The notes below the pieces were generated by a model. The model was not told where the DNA came from, did no database searches, and worked only from the letters and a program-made list of their open reading frames with translations. The translations under genes were made by a program, and so were the position numbers. A DNA stretch of 64,000 nucleotides from an uncultured Acidobacteriaceae bacterium (lineage in GTDB: Bacteria > Acidobacteriota > Terriglobia > Terriglobales > Acidobacteriaceae), in the NCBI GenBank assembly GCA_963787145.1, contig CAWBBY010000039.1, forward strand, positions 184,114 to 248,113, written 5' to 3'. This document shows, piece after piece, positions 8,622-20,170 of the stretch. The first letter of the stretch is position 1. The number at the start of each line of letters is the position of its first letter.

Positions 8622-9578
8622 TCATTCGATCCGTTGCGGCGCTACAGCAAACGCGGCCCTGAGCGTGTTTTCGTAAACAAGATCGACTTCGGCGCGATAC
8701 GCATACGATGCGATGGTTTCGCGACGCTGCGTGGACAAGGATGCCGCCGTCACTCCGAGCGCGATCGCCTCAACGGTACTCTTCTTCTCGCTCAGACCAA
8801 CGGCAAGCCCGGCATTGAATGCATCGCCGGCTCCCACGGTGTCGACCACTGGCACAGGCACAGCCGGCACTTCCAGAAGTCCCGCGGAACAAGCCCAAAG
8901 GACACCCTTACCACCGCGCGTGAGCATGACATTGTCGAGGCCCAGCCGCAGCAACTCCAGCACAACCTCGTTGTCTGAAATTGGATCGTCGGGGCGCAAT
9001 CCAAGACAGACGCGGCCCTCGAGTTCGTTTGGAGTCAGCGCAAACACCGCGCTTAGATCGACCTCTCTCAGGTCCACTGCAGGAGCTGGGTTAAGAATGA
9101 ACTTGGTGCCGGCAGCCTTGGCCACCGACGCGGCGGCGAGTGCTGTGGCAAGCGGTATTTCCAAGGGCGATACCGCCACTGCGGACGAAGTAATCACCTC
9201 GCTGTGAGCGGTAATGTCGGCGGGTGAGAACTCCCCGTTGGCCGCCGTATCGATGACGATGACGTTAGAACCATTGCTGCTGAAAATGATGAAACCCACG
9301 GCCGTCGGTTTTGTGTCCGAGAAAAGAAGAGCGCCCTTGTCGATCTTCTCCTGCTCAAGGAGTCGAACGAAGCCTTCGCCGAAAGCATCACGGCCGACCT
9401 TGCCGAAAAATCTGGTAGACGCGCCGAGTCTCGCCGCGCACGCAGCCATGTTGGAGCCCTTGCCGCCGTGCGTAGTGTGAAAATTATGGCCGATCAGCGT
9501 CTCGCCTTCGAGCGGGATGCACGCCACGTCCATCACCAACGCAGCGATATAGCTGCCCACGATTGTGACTGCACTCAT
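8622..9578 (-). CDS. PfkB-family carbohydrate kinase (ribokinase-like)
   Basis: GGKGSNMAACAARLG and DTVGAGDAFNAGLAVGL motifs. Start placed at ATG 9578 (MSAVTIVGSY...), which overlaps the upstream stop as ATGA (9575-9578). Confidence 0.8.
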   Translation of the reverse strand: MSAVTIVGSYIAALVMDVACIPLEGETLIGHNFHTTHGGKGSNMAACAARLGASTRFFGKVGRDAFGEGFVRLLEQEKIDKGALLFSDTKPTAVGFIIFSSNGSNVIVIDTAANGEFSPADITAHSEVITSSAVAVSPLEIPLATALAAASVAKAAGTKFILNPAPAVDLREVDLSAVFALTPNELEGRVCLGLRPDDPISDNEVVLELLRLGLDNVMLTRGGKGVLWACSAGLLEVPAVPVPVVDTVGAGDAFNAGLAVGLSEKKSTVEAIALGVTAASLSTQRRETIASYAYRAEVDLVYENTLRAAFAVAPQRIE

Positions 9579-10894
9579 AAGTAAGTCTGCATGCCGGGGT
9601 CTTCCGCTTTGGCCAGGATGGCGTCTACCAGGAGCGTCAGTTCCGCAACTTCCTCGGCCCGAGCGGTCTTTACGACAGCGCTGACCATTTCCCCACAACG
9701 GTCACGAATCTGCTGATACCTGGACTGATCTTCGCCGCGGATTTCCAGAAGCTTTTGTAACCAGCGTTTGCCATAGCCGGCATGCATGGTTTCGTCGGCC
9801 CAGTCGAAATCCATGTCGTGTTCGCTGGCGGCATCGCCGATGGAGTGAAAGGCTTTGACCCGCTCCGGCTTGTGGCGAATGTTCTTGGTCTCAAAGAAGA
9901 AGAGCATGCCGAGGCGGTAGATCGGGTCCTGGCCGGAGGAAGCGATATAGATGTAGTTGCCGAGAGGCAATTCCTCCGGCTTGTAGCCCCAGGCGGTGAG
10001 CCTGTCGCGTCCCATTCTGCAGTGCCGCGACTCGTCGTAAGTCCAGCGTGCGGCATCGCGGATCCATTCCCACGGCAACACGGAGGCGAAGGAGCTGAGA
10101 ATAATGCCGCCCGTTTCGACCGCCCAAACCTCGTTCAAGTGACTGATTGCCGAGCGAAGCTGAAGGCGATAGCCCTCGCCGTATGGGTAGCCCGGATCGA
10201 CATTGTCTGGCCAGTAGAAGCGGGTCAGGTGGTAGTGCTGGTCGCGCGATGGCTCGATCGGCACCGTGTAAGGACGGCCCCCGGGCAGGGGTTGGTGGCG
10301 AAGATCGACCGGCACGCGCTCTGTACCGACGCCACCGAGGGCGCTCAAACGATCCAGGAACGCAGCTGTCCAGCCCTCTGCCCCGGCGCGCTCCGCAGGC
10401 CGGCGCGCTAGTGCCTGATCGGCCCAAGCCCGCGCGGTCTCGATCTGCCGATGTTTTTCCGTCAACGCGAGATTGAGGAAGCGGTGGGTCGGTGCGTCGG
10501 CGAGCGGATCCGAGTGGTGGAGGAACTCTGTATAGGCGTCTCGCACCGCGGGGAGCAACACGGTGGCCAGCACAGAGAAAAATGCCGCCTCTGAGGGTGA
10601 GTTGCGGAGTTCGTCGAAGAGTTCGACCAGCGATCGATCGGCTCCTTCCTCCTCCAGCGAGCGACTCGGGTACCGCAATTCGAAGATTCGCTCGCGCAGT
10701 TCATGCGCGGTCTGCGCGTTCTGCCAGGAGAAGAGTGGGAGCAGGGTTTTCGGTTCGATGGCGCCAATCAGTGGCAGCCATGCAGAGCAACCAATCACCA
10801 GAGAGCGCTCACAAAAGTAGAAGCGTTTAAGGATTTCGGCGGTGCCGAGCCGCATCCAACGAGCGCGCGGTTGAAGACCTCGCAGGAGGGTCAT
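9575..10894 (-). CDS. ferritin-like / di-iron-carboxylate-type protein (DUF455-like), function unknown
   Basis: 439-aa ORF with two ExxH motifs (DESRH, DETMH) plus further E/H-rich helices. The family assignment comes from motifs only. Confidence 0.5.
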   Translation of the reverse strand: MTLLRGLQPRARWMRLGTAEILKRFYFCERSLVIGCSAWLPLIGAIEPKTLLPLFSWQNAQTAHELRERIFELRYPSRSLEEEGADRSLVELFDELRNSPSEAAFFSVLATVLLPAVRDAYTEFLHHSDPLADAPTHRFLNLALTEKHRQIETARAWADQALARRPAERAGAEGWTAAFLDRLSALGGVGTERVPVDLRHQPLPGGRPYTVPIEPSRDQHYHLTRFYWPDNVDPGYPYGEGYRLQLRSAISHLNEVWAVETGGIILSSFASVLPWEWIRDAARWTYDESRHCRMGRDRLTAWGYKPEELPLGNYIYIASSGQDPIYRLGMLFFFETKNIRHKPERVKAFHSIGDAASEHDMDFDWADETMHAGYGKRWLQKLLEIRGEDQSRYQQIRDRCGEMVSAVVKTARAEEVAELTLLVDAILAKAEDPGMQTYL

Positions 10895-11192
10895 GAGGAA
10901 GAGCCCATTCCTGAAAAGCCCTTTTCTGAAAAACCGTGACCAGACGGGACTGACCCTTTCCGATGAGCGCGGAGTTGGTTGGCCGTGTTTGCAACGATGT
11001 TGCCGAAGACGCTTGCCTCCCTGGATTGTCGTCGTAACGCTCTCAATTTAGCACGACCTGGTCCGAAAAAGAGCCCCGGCACCAGAGCGGTCGGCGCTCG
11101 TCGTCAGAGTGCGCCGGGATCGCCGTTTTGTGGGACAGGAGTTTCGAGGACGAAAACCCAAACCCAGTGACGGTGGTGGCTCAATGCGGCGC

Positions 11193-11552
11193 TCATCGAG
11201 CAAGTATGGACTTTCGCCATCGAGAGCAATAGATTCCAAGATTGAGAGCGCATACGGCTACACCCGCACTCGTTACCACCCAGTAAGGGAGATTGGGGTA
11301 CACGATCGCGTCCAGGTAGTGCAGCAAGAAACCGCCCTGATAAAAAGGTGAGCCGCTCCGGGCTTCGAAGTATTGTTCAGCCAAGGTCAGCGGACATGGC
11401 CATGGGCTCACCTCCACAACAATTCCCCAAACCAGGGCGAGAATGTGCAGCAAGCTCCACACGGGCCGACCGCGCGTCCAGAGAGCTCCGCAGATTACCA
11501 GAGCAAGCCAGACGAGATGAACCACTAAGATAAGGACCGCAACAAGGGCCAT
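11193..11552 (-). CDS. DUF2784 family small membrane protein
   Basis: 119 aa with several hydrophobic helices and the WPCPLTLAEQYF (CPLT..E) motif typical of DUF2784. Confidence 0.65.
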   Translation of the reverse strand: MALVAVLILVVHLVWLALVICGALWTRGRPVWSLLHILALVWGIVVEVSPWPCPLTLAEQYFEARSGSPFYQGGFLLHYLDAIVYPNLPYWVVTSAGVAVCALNLGIYCSRWRKSILAR

Positions 11553-11783
11553 AGCTCGCGCAACTCGGATGACAGCGCGTCCGTTTACCCGCTTGTCTAT
11601 TGCACCAGGTCGATCTTACTTCCTACCGGCCCATGGCCCGAGCTATAGCCGGATATATACGGTGAGCATATACCAATTGCCAGCAGCACTGCGTGCAGTT
11701 CGACGGTCTCGTCTGTTGTCTTAACTCTGCCTGGCGATGGGCCTTTGCATCCATATATACCTGAGGGATCGAAAGGAGAGTCG

Positions 11784-12518
11784 ATGAAACCCTGGAAAAT
11801 CATGGTTCTGATGACGTTACCGATGTTGCTCTTTGCCACATGGCGCATCTGGTCCATTTATCAGGAACGCCATCAGCCGGTCATGGTCAAACAGGCGCCG
11901 CCGGAACGCAAAATCACCCAGGATGATCTGGTGATTCCGCGCAAGATGTATATCGACGACCTGAAGTCCGCCAAAGAGCTCGATGGGAAAACCGTGTGGC
12001 TGCAGGCTGGATATCAATTGGGTTATTACCCGTATCGAGAGCATTCTGCTGTATTCCGCGATAAGAAAGGTCCGCTGCCGATGGCTCAGGAGTTGACCGT
12101 CGTGGATGTGGTCGAACTAGCCACACCCGCAAACTGGGCGAGCAGAATCCCCCGCGGCTCGAAGAACATCTTCGTCATCTTTCGTGAGCCAGGCGACCCC
12201 CAGGAGTACGCTGTCCCGATGGGAGAGGTGGAAGGGGGCAACGAGACCTTCCGCCTGGATGATCTTTTGTACTACGACGACCCGCACAAGCTATATAGCT
12301 ACTGGCCAAGTGATGTATGGCAAGCCATTGACCAGCACCAGGTGAAGCCGGGGATGAGCGAACTGCAAACGAGGATGGCGGTCGGCCAGGTAGCCCAATC
12401 GGACTCTAGCGACTACGGCAATCGGACCGTGACCTACACCGCGGGTGATCGGAAGATTACGGTAACCTACGCGAACGACAAAGCCACACAAGTGCAAGAA
12501 GCGAGTGGCCATGCATAA
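11784..12518 (+). CDS. hypothetical protein with an N-terminal transmembrane anchor
   Basis: ORF 11745-12518. ATG at 11784 is preceded by aaggagag. MKPWKIMVLMTLPMLLFATW is a hydrophobic segment. No recognisable domain. Confidence 0.6.
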   Translation: MKPWKIMVLMTLPMLLFATWRIWSIYQERHQPVMVKQAPPERKITQDDLVIPRKMYIDDLKSAKELDGKTVWLQAGYQLGYYPYREHSAVFRDKKGPLPMAQELTVVDVVELATPANWASRIPRGSKNIFVIFREPGDPQEYAVPMGEVEGGNETFRLDDLLYYDDPHKLYSYWPSDVWQAIDQHQVKPGMSELQTRMAVGQVAQSDSSDYGNRTVTYTAGDRKITVTYANDKATQVQEASGHA

Positions 12519-12792
12519 GTCGCTCCTGGTACGCGTCATCGAGGCTGGTCGGCATCTTGATCGCGAGCTGACCCTTTGCAACCTGCGCCGCATCTTGAAT
12601 ACTGACGCGCGGCCGGTACCAGGCGTAGCCGGAGTAGCCAGGATAGCCGCGCTCCATCCATCCGGGAACATAGCCAGCCCTGTGCTCGAATGATCCGGGC
12701 GGCAGGGTCAGGTCCATGGCGCCCCAGGCGTCCTTTCACGCTGTGTCCACCGCTTTCGGCCTGAGCTCCTCGATGAAGCCCCCTTATCTCTC

Positions 12793-14568
12793 CTATCTTG
12801 GCATCACCGGCAAAATCAACGCGCTGGAATATGCGCCGCCGTGCAGGATCGTATTGGTCGCCTTCACGAATTGCGTATCTTCGGCCGCGCTTTTTCCCGT
12901 ATTCAGATTGCGGTCGAAGCGCGGAAAATTGCTCGACGACACTTCGAGCCGGATACGGTGGCCCTTCAAAAAGACGTTGCTCGTGGACCAGAGGTCGATC
13001 TTGTATTCGTAGACCTGGCCGGGTGTGATGGCTTTCGGCTCTCCGACGGTGGATTCGCGGAAGCGTGCGCGCAGAATGCCCTCGGTCAGATTTTGCGCAA
13101 ACCCGTTGGGCCAAACGTCGACCAGCTTACCAGTGAAATCGGTGTCAACTGCAGAGGACTTCGCGAAGAGATCAAGAGTGATAGGGCCCGTGACTTCGAG
13201 ATCCTGATCGAGCGGCGGCGTGGTGTAGACGAGCACGTCGGAGCGGGCTTCCACGTCTTTCTGATCGCGTGGTCCGGGTGCGAGATGATCGGAATCGCAG
13301 CACAGCGGACCGCCCACGGTGGGAACAGGATTGGCTGGATCGTAGACGAAAGTGTCTGTGCCTTCCTTGTTTGGCGTCGCAGTGGAAAGCGAACCGTCGC
13401 CCGAAGCGCTGTTGGCCTTCCCGTCGGAGTGGAGATAGTAATTGGTCTGCGTGGCGCGCGCGAGGGGCCACGCGGGCTCATCGCGCCACTCGTTTTTGCC
13501 CATCACAAAAATCCTGACAGGATTGCCGCTCGCGAACTGGTTCTGCTTGCCCAGAAACAGGTATTCAAACCAGTCGAGCGTGATGGCGTTCTCGTCAAAG
13601 GCGGCGTCGGGCCCGAAATCGACATCGCCTACCTTGCGGCTCCAGCCGGAGTGTCCGCCGATGGCGATTACCAGATGTTGCCCGTTGCGCGCAGCCTCGT
13701 TTCCCGCATGCGCCTTGAGACCGAGGTAATTGCGCAGCGAGCCGCCCTGGAACAGGTCGTACCAGGCCGCAATCGTGAGCCCGGGGACCTGAACGTCCTG
13801 GTAGTGGGCTTCGATCGACCACTGCTTCCAATAGCTGTCGTACGTGGGGTGCGCCAGCCAGTCGAGGAAATAAGGCGCGAGTTCGTGTGTCAACTGCGAG
13901 CCGCCGGCAACCGGTTTGATATTGAAGACCGGGAAGTCGGTCAAGGGCAACACGCGGTCGCCAACCAGCGCATTGGTGTCGTCACGGATCAGCCGATTGG
14001 CCGTGTCCTGCGCCAGGCCCGCGGCCCACGACTCGTCAAACCACTGCTCGAATGCGCCGCCCTGGTAGGTCCAGTTTTCGTGGTAGTTCGACGCTGTGAC
14101 GACGGGGCAGATACCGGCCAGGTGCGGCGGATGGCTGATGGCGGCGAGCATCACCGTAGCCCCGACGTACGATCCGCCGAACAAACCAACTTTGCCGTTC
14201 GAGTGCGGGAGGGCCGCGGCCCACTCTACCGTGTCGTACCCGTCGTCCATCTCGTGCTTGAAGGTGTACCACTCGCCCGCGGAGGTGTAGCGGCCGCGCA
14301 CATCCTGGATTACGACCATGAAGCCGCGCGCGACAGCCTTGCGCGCAAAGTCGGCGCCACCGTCCTTGTTATAGGGTGTGCGCTGGAGCAATAGGGGAAA
14401 GCTGCCGTCACCCGCGGGTCGATAGACGTCGGCCTTGAGGGTGACTCCGTCGCGGGTTTTCATGGCGACGTTGTGCTCGATCACGATATCGGCAGCGGGT
14501 TGTGCGAACGCAGGAGCAGCAAGAGACGCAATCGCGAGCACGAAAAGGCAAAGAGTTTTTCCAGACAT
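12793..14568 (-). CDS. CocE/NonD family hydrolase (X-Pro dipeptidyl-peptidase S15-like), secreted
   Basis: 591-aa ORF with a signal peptide (LAIASLAAPAFAQP). RTPYNKDG and the GGSYVG nucleophile-elbow region are typical of the family. Confidence 0.85.
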   Translation of the reverse strand: MSGKTLCLFVLAIASLAAPAFAQPAADIVIEHNVAMKTRDGVTLKADVYRPAGDGSFPLLLQRTPYNKDGGADFARKAVARGFMVVIQDVRGRYTSAGEWYTFKHEMDDGYDTVEWAAALPHSNGKVGLFGGSYVGATVMLAAISHPPHLAGICPVVTASNYHENWTYQGGAFEQWFDESWAAGLAQDTANRLIRDDTNALVGDRVLPLTDFPVFNIKPVAGGSQLTHELAPYFLDWLAHPTYDSYWKQWSIEAHYQDVQVPGLTIAAWYDLFQGGSLRNYLGLKAHAGNEAARNGQHLVIAIGGHSGWSRKVGDVDFGPDAAFDENAITLDWFEYLFLGKQNQFASGNPVRIFVMGKNEWRDEPAWPLARATQTNYYLHSDGKANSASGDGSLSTATPNKEGTDTFVYDPANPVPTVGGPLCCDSDHLAPGPRDQKDVEARSDVLVYTTPPLDQDLEVTGPITLDLFAKSSAVDTDFTGKLVDVWPNGFAQNLTEGILRARFRESTVGEPKAITPGQVYEYKIDLWSTSNVFLKGHRIRLEVSSSNFPRFDRNLNTGKSAAEDTQFVKATNTILHGGAYSSALILPVMPR

Positions 14569-14752
14569 TCAATTCCCCGGCGGCAGAGGCCGAAGCAATT
14601 CTAACTGGGCTGCGGTGCAGGGCTGTGCGAGCCACGACAAACGGGCCGGACGGGCCGCGGAAAAGTCGGAAGGGGATGAAAGGAGTCCCCTCCGCGGCTA
14701 AAGCCGCACCTGCTTACAACCCGAACCTATTTTACGAGCGGTTTCCCTGGTT

Positions 14753-14925
14753 CCCTCACCAAGGCCGGGTGCCCCATATCTCGCTGGTTTTTCGCGAGAT
14801 GTGGGATACCACTGCTCTTTCCCTCTAACTCTCGATTCATCCGACTCACTCAGCGGTCAACATCGGTGGTATCCCACATCTCGCGAAAAACCAGCGAGAT
14901 ATGGGGCACCCGGCCTTGGTGAGGG
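14753..14925. repeat. Family-C palindromic element: perfect 60-bp inverted repeat with a 53-nt spacer
   Basis: 14753-14812 is the exact reverse complement of 14866-14925. Each arm also holds an internal hairpin (atctcgc-tggttttt-cgcgagat). Confidence 0.9.
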
Positions 14926-14983
14926 GGCCACGGAAACCGGAGCACAAGCATCCGAGACGCATAGTCCACAAGGGATTGCTGGG

Positions 14984-17215
14984 CTAATGTTGGATGGACT
15001 TGGTCACGTTCTCCAGCAGAGAAGTCTCCCGCTCGAGCGCGCTGGCGACGCGCTCAATTTGCGGGTCGACAGAGGACCACTGCTTCTGCTCAATAGCTTC
15101 GCGGACTCCCGGCATCGTCTTTACGCCGTATCCGGTGTAAAAGCCCGGGGCATAAATAAGGTTTTCGAACCAGGGTCGATTGGGGAGCCCGGCCGAGTCG
15201 ATCAGCATGCGCTCCGTCTGGATCAGTTGCTCATTGACTGCAGGCGGCAAATTGTCTCCAGCGGCGGTAACAGCCTTCTCGTACTCGTCCGCGGCCCGCG
15301 TCAGATCGTCGGAGGCTTGATCGAGTGGTGCGAAGTTGAAATAGGGGGGAAGCGGCTGCGTCGTGGGCGGAACGAACTGCTTCTTCGGGTCATAGAGCGC
15401 CTTGTAGACGTCCTCGCTAATTTCGGTATTCTCCTCCTTAGCTTTCTCACGTGCGGTCGAAGCCAGTTTCTTAAGATCCGCGACATATCCGTGAACCGTT
15501 TCTGCCAGGTCAGTGAATTGGTACGGAATCACATCGGCATCGGCCATCCGCATCACCATGGTGCCGGCCGTTTGTGCGAGCGCCCGGCCATAGACAAAGT
15601 CGGTGTCCTGAAAATGGGTATACCAATAAAAATCATCGTAAATTGAGTGATACTGGCCGTCTGATTCGTCTTCGCCGCCGTAGCTGAGATTGACGCTCGC
15701 GATCCCCAGGTGATCGATAAAGACCGTATAGTCCGACCCAGAACCCAGTGCGCCGATGCGAAGATCGGTACGAGACCTCAGTTCCGTCCGTGCCTCAGCA
15801 TCTGCGCGAGAGATCGCAACCAGCCGCTCACGCTTCCATACCGACATTTTCGTTTCAGGGTCGACGATGTCCTTACTAACGCCGTTCACGAAGTTCTCAA
15901 GCGAATGGGATCCTTGGGCGTGGAAGTAGCCTCGCCCGTTTCCGTCCGAGTTGAAATACGCAACCGCGTGTTGCTGAAGCTCAGTGGCATGGGTCTCCGC
16001 CCACTCCGTCGAGCCAAGTAGGGCTGGTTCTTCACCATCCCAGAAGCAATAAATGATCGTACGATCGGGCTTCCATCCCTGCTTCAGCAGTTCTCCGAGG
16101 GAGCGCGCCTCTTCCAACTCGGGGCTGGTTCCGGAGAGGGGATCTCCCGCACCGTTGACCCATGCATCGTGGTGGTTACCCCGCAGAACCCATTGGTCCG
16201 GATATTTGGAGCCGGGAATGCGCGCCACCACATCATAGAGTGGCTTGCGATCCCAGTTAAACTTCAGCACCAGGTGTGCCTTCGCGGTGCTGGGACCCAC
16301 GTGGTAAGTCATCGGCAGGCTGCCGCGCCAGGGCTCCGAAACCAGGGGGCCGCTCAGTGACTTGAGGAAGGGCACAGCATCCGCGTAAGAGATAGGCATC
16401 ACCGGAATCTTGGTGATGGTTTGTACTTCGCTGAGCGGAATCTTCTTCGCTCCGGGCACTGCGCCGACACCAGGTGTTTGCGGATCACCAGGATAGACGG
16501 GCATATCCATAACGCTGCCGCGCTGTGCGCCTTCTGCCGGCCGCATAGCTCCCGCAGGGTAGGGATCGCCATGGAAGTAGCCGTCCTCGTGCGGGTCGGA
16601 ATAAATGAGGCAGCCGACGGCGCCGTGTTCGGCGGCAACCTTGGGCTTGATCCCGCGCCATGTAGCGCCGTAGCGTGCGATCACGATAGCGCCCTTCACC
16701 GAGATGCCCAAACGCTCCAACTGTTCGTAGTCGGCGGGAGCGCCATAGTTTACATAGACCAACGGCGCAGTGACATCACCGTCTTTGGAGTATGCGTTGT
16801 AGGTTGGCAGCTGCTCACTCTTCTGGCCCGAGGTCGGATCGACAGCCAGCGTGGGCTCTTCGAGCTTTGCGGTAAATGGACTGGGACCCAGCAGTTGCAG
16901 TGATCGCTCTATAGGAGTGGGAAACAAGGCATCAAACGTTTCGATCTGCGCGTCCAGACCATAGGACTTCAGTTGTGCAAGAATCCACTCCGCGTTGGTC
17001 TTGTCATAAGCGGAGCCGACATGATGAGGGCGTGCTGAGAGCCGGCGCATGTACTCTCTCAAGTTGTCCGTCTCCGGGATCTGCCTGAACTTCTCCTCCC
17101 ATTGAACTTCTTTCGCAGAACTGGCGGAGGTATACCCGCGCAACGGAGAAACTGCTTCCGCGGCATTTGCAGTCACGGCGAACAAGCTAAGCAGGGCGAT
17201 AGATTGGCGCATCAT
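14984..17215 (-). CDS. M28-family metallopeptidase with PA and transferrin-receptor-like dimerisation domains (glutamate carboxypeptidase II-like)
   Basis: 743-aa ORF with a signal peptide (LLSLFAVTANA). The layout and motifs (GNHHDAW, FWDGEE, ...SDYTVF) match NAALADase-like M28 peptidases. Confidence 0.85.
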   Translation of the reverse strand: MMRQSIALLSLFAVTANAAEAVSPLRGYTSASSAKEVQWEEKFRQIPETDNLREYMRRLSARPHHVGSAYDKTNAEWILAQLKSYGLDAQIETFDALFPTPIERSLQLLGPSPFTAKLEEPTLAVDPTSGQKSEQLPTYNAYSKDGDVTAPLVYVNYGAPADYEQLERLGISVKGAIVIARYGATWRGIKPKVAAEHGAVGCLIYSDPHEDGYFHGDPYPAGAMRPAEGAQRGSVMDMPVYPGDPQTPGVGAVPGAKKIPLSEVQTITKIPVMPISYADAVPFLKSLSGPLVSEPWRGSLPMTYHVGPSTAKAHLVLKFNWDRKPLYDVVARIPGSKYPDQWVLRGNHHDAWVNGAGDPLSGTSPELEEARSLGELLKQGWKPDRTIIYCFWDGEEPALLGSTEWAETHATELQQHAVAYFNSDGNGRGYFHAQGSHSLENFVNGVSKDIVDPETKMSVWKRERLVAISRADAEARTELRSRTDLRIGALGSGSDYTVFIDHLGIASVNLSYGGEDESDGQYHSIYDDFYWYTHFQDTDFVYGRALAQTAGTMVMRMADADVIPYQFTDLAETVHGYVADLKKLASTAREKAKEENTEISEDVYKALYDPKKQFVPPTTQPLPPYFNFAPLDQASDDLTRAADEYEKAVTAAGDNLPPAVNEQLIQTERMLIDSAGLPNRPWFENLIYAPGFYTGYGVKTMPGVREAIEQKQWSSVDPQIERVASALERETSLLENVTKSIQH

Positions 17216-17350
17216 GCACTCGATTCTAACCAGCTTCTCAAGTAGCTCGGCTGAGAAAACTTCACCCAGGAATTTGCGGGCTCCTGAGAGGATCGCCGCG
17301 GCACATGATTGACGGCTAATCCGCGGTGGACGTCGGGGAAACCACCGGAC

Positions 17351-17372
17351 TATACTAATCTAGTCTGACTAG
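17351..17372 (+). promoter_or_regulatory. candidate -10 box (tatact) plus near-palindromic operator upstream of the antitoxin gene
   Basis: tatact at 17351-17356 and ctagtctgactag at 17360-17372 (palindrome except at its centre), followed by aggag and the ATG at 17385. Confidence 0.3.
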
Positions 17373-17384
17373 TCAGGAGTATGC

Positions 17385-17693
17385 ATGGCATCCAGGAGCT
17401 CCAAGAAGCCCGAACCCTACAAGCAAGAGCTATCTTCACAGCCTTGGCAGTTGCAGGCAGCTAAGGCGCAATTCAGTGAGGTATTCCGAAGAGCCCGCGA
17501 ACGCGCTCCCCAGGTGGTAACCAAACAAGGCAAGGAAGCGGTCGTCATCCTTGCGATGGAAGAGTTCGAGCGCTTAACCAAACGAGCCCGGCAGCCGAAG
17601 AGCCTATCCAAATTCTTTGCCGAGTCGCCTTTGGCCAAGGTGCCTATCGATCTCGAACGAAAGCCCGATTATGGCCGAGCGGTAGAACTGTGA
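17385..17693 (+). CDS. type II antitoxin, Phd/YefM family
   Basis: 102 aa. The WQLQAAKAQFSEVFRRARERAPQVVTKQGKEAVVILAMEEFERL pattern is typical. It overlaps the downstream PIN gene by 4 nt. Confidence 0.8.
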   Translation: MASRSSKKPEPYKQELSSQPWQLQAAKAQFSEVFRRARERAPQVVTKQGKEAVVILAMEEFERLTKRARQPKSLSKFFAESPLAKVPIDLERKPDYGRAVEL

Positions 17694-18118
17694 GCGCATT
17701 CTTGCTGGATACGAATGTCATTTCCGAACTCCTCAAACCGAAGCCGGAGCCAAAGGTCACGACGTGGATCGATGCCACCGATGAGGACCTGTTGTTCTTG
17801 AGTGTCGTCACTTTGGGAGAGATTCGCAAAGGCATCGTGCTCCTCCCCCGCAGTGCTCGCCGTATTAGCCTGGAGGCCTGGCTCGGTAAAGATCTGCAGC
17901 TGCGCTTTTCCGACCGGATATTAAACATCGACCAGGAGGTTGCCCATCGTTGGGGGCAGATTTCCGGTTTGGCCAGCGCCAGAGGCGTCAACCTGCCTGT
18001 GATCGATGGATTGTTGGCCGCGACCGCGATTCAGAATAATCTCACCCTGGTAACCCGCAACACCAGGGATGTCGCTGCAACCGGTGTGACCTTATTCAAT
18101 CCTTGGACGGATTCGTGA
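17690..18118 (+). CDS. vapC: type II toxin, PIN-domain ribonuclease (VapC/FitB-like)
   Basis: 142 aa. N-terminal LLDTNVISE (PIN acidic residue) and a later D in VTRNTRDV. Translationally coupled to the antitoxin. Confidence 0.85.
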   Translation: MSAFLLDTNVISELLKPKPEPKVTTWIDATDEDLLFLSVVTLGEIRKGIVLLPRSARRISLEAWLGKDLQLRFSDRILNIDQEVAHRWGQISGLASARGVNLPVIDGLLAATAIQNNLTLVTRNTRDVAATGVTLFNPWTDS

Positions 18119-18144
18119 GTCGTCCGCGCCTTTAGTCCGTCCAC

Positions 18145-19689
<1,545 letters not shown>

Positions 19690-19965
19690 CTATGGTTATC
19701 TGTCAAAGTTCTGGCGATGAGAAAGAAATAGCAATCAAGGAGTCGTCTTTTGATGCAAGCCATGCCCGGTCTGCTGCTATTAATCCGCCGCTATCCGTTA
19801 ATCCTATAACCTACAGGAGAAATGCTCTTTGTTGAGGAAAAGCCGCCTTCTGCCGGCCGGCTGGGTAGCGTTGAAATTCACCCGAAAACGGCGTATTCTC
19901 ATGGAGCAGACGAATTTGTCCTTTGGCTTCGCCTTCAGTGCACTGCGGAGTAACACGGAGAAATG

Positions 19966-19992
19966 AGTGGGCGAAAGCCCACTTTTCTTTTG
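19966..19992 (+). terminator. intrinsic-terminator-like hairpin with no upstream ORF on its strand
   Basis: agtgggc-gaaa-gcccact (7-bp stem, GNRA-type loop) followed by tttcttttgg. Confidence 0.4.
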
Positions 19993-20049
19993 GCCCCGAT
20001 ACCGCGCGACTCGCGGACTGGCCCGTTGGGCGAAGCATCTACACATTGA

Positions 20050-20158
20050 CCCCGGATTTCCTGTTGAGGTTGGTGTTGTTGGGCGAGTTCATGCGGCTTT
20101 CTTTGCGGAAAGCCGCATACGTGGACGTTGTGGAGGGCCGCGTAGCAGGAAATCCGGG
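20050..20158. repeat. Family-B palindromic MITE-like element, copy 1
   Basis: Terminal inverted repeat cccggatttcctg / caggaaatccggg and central hairpin atgcggctttc-tttgcg-gaaagccgcat. Confidence 0.85.
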
Positions 20159-20170
20159 TAAGCGGCAATT

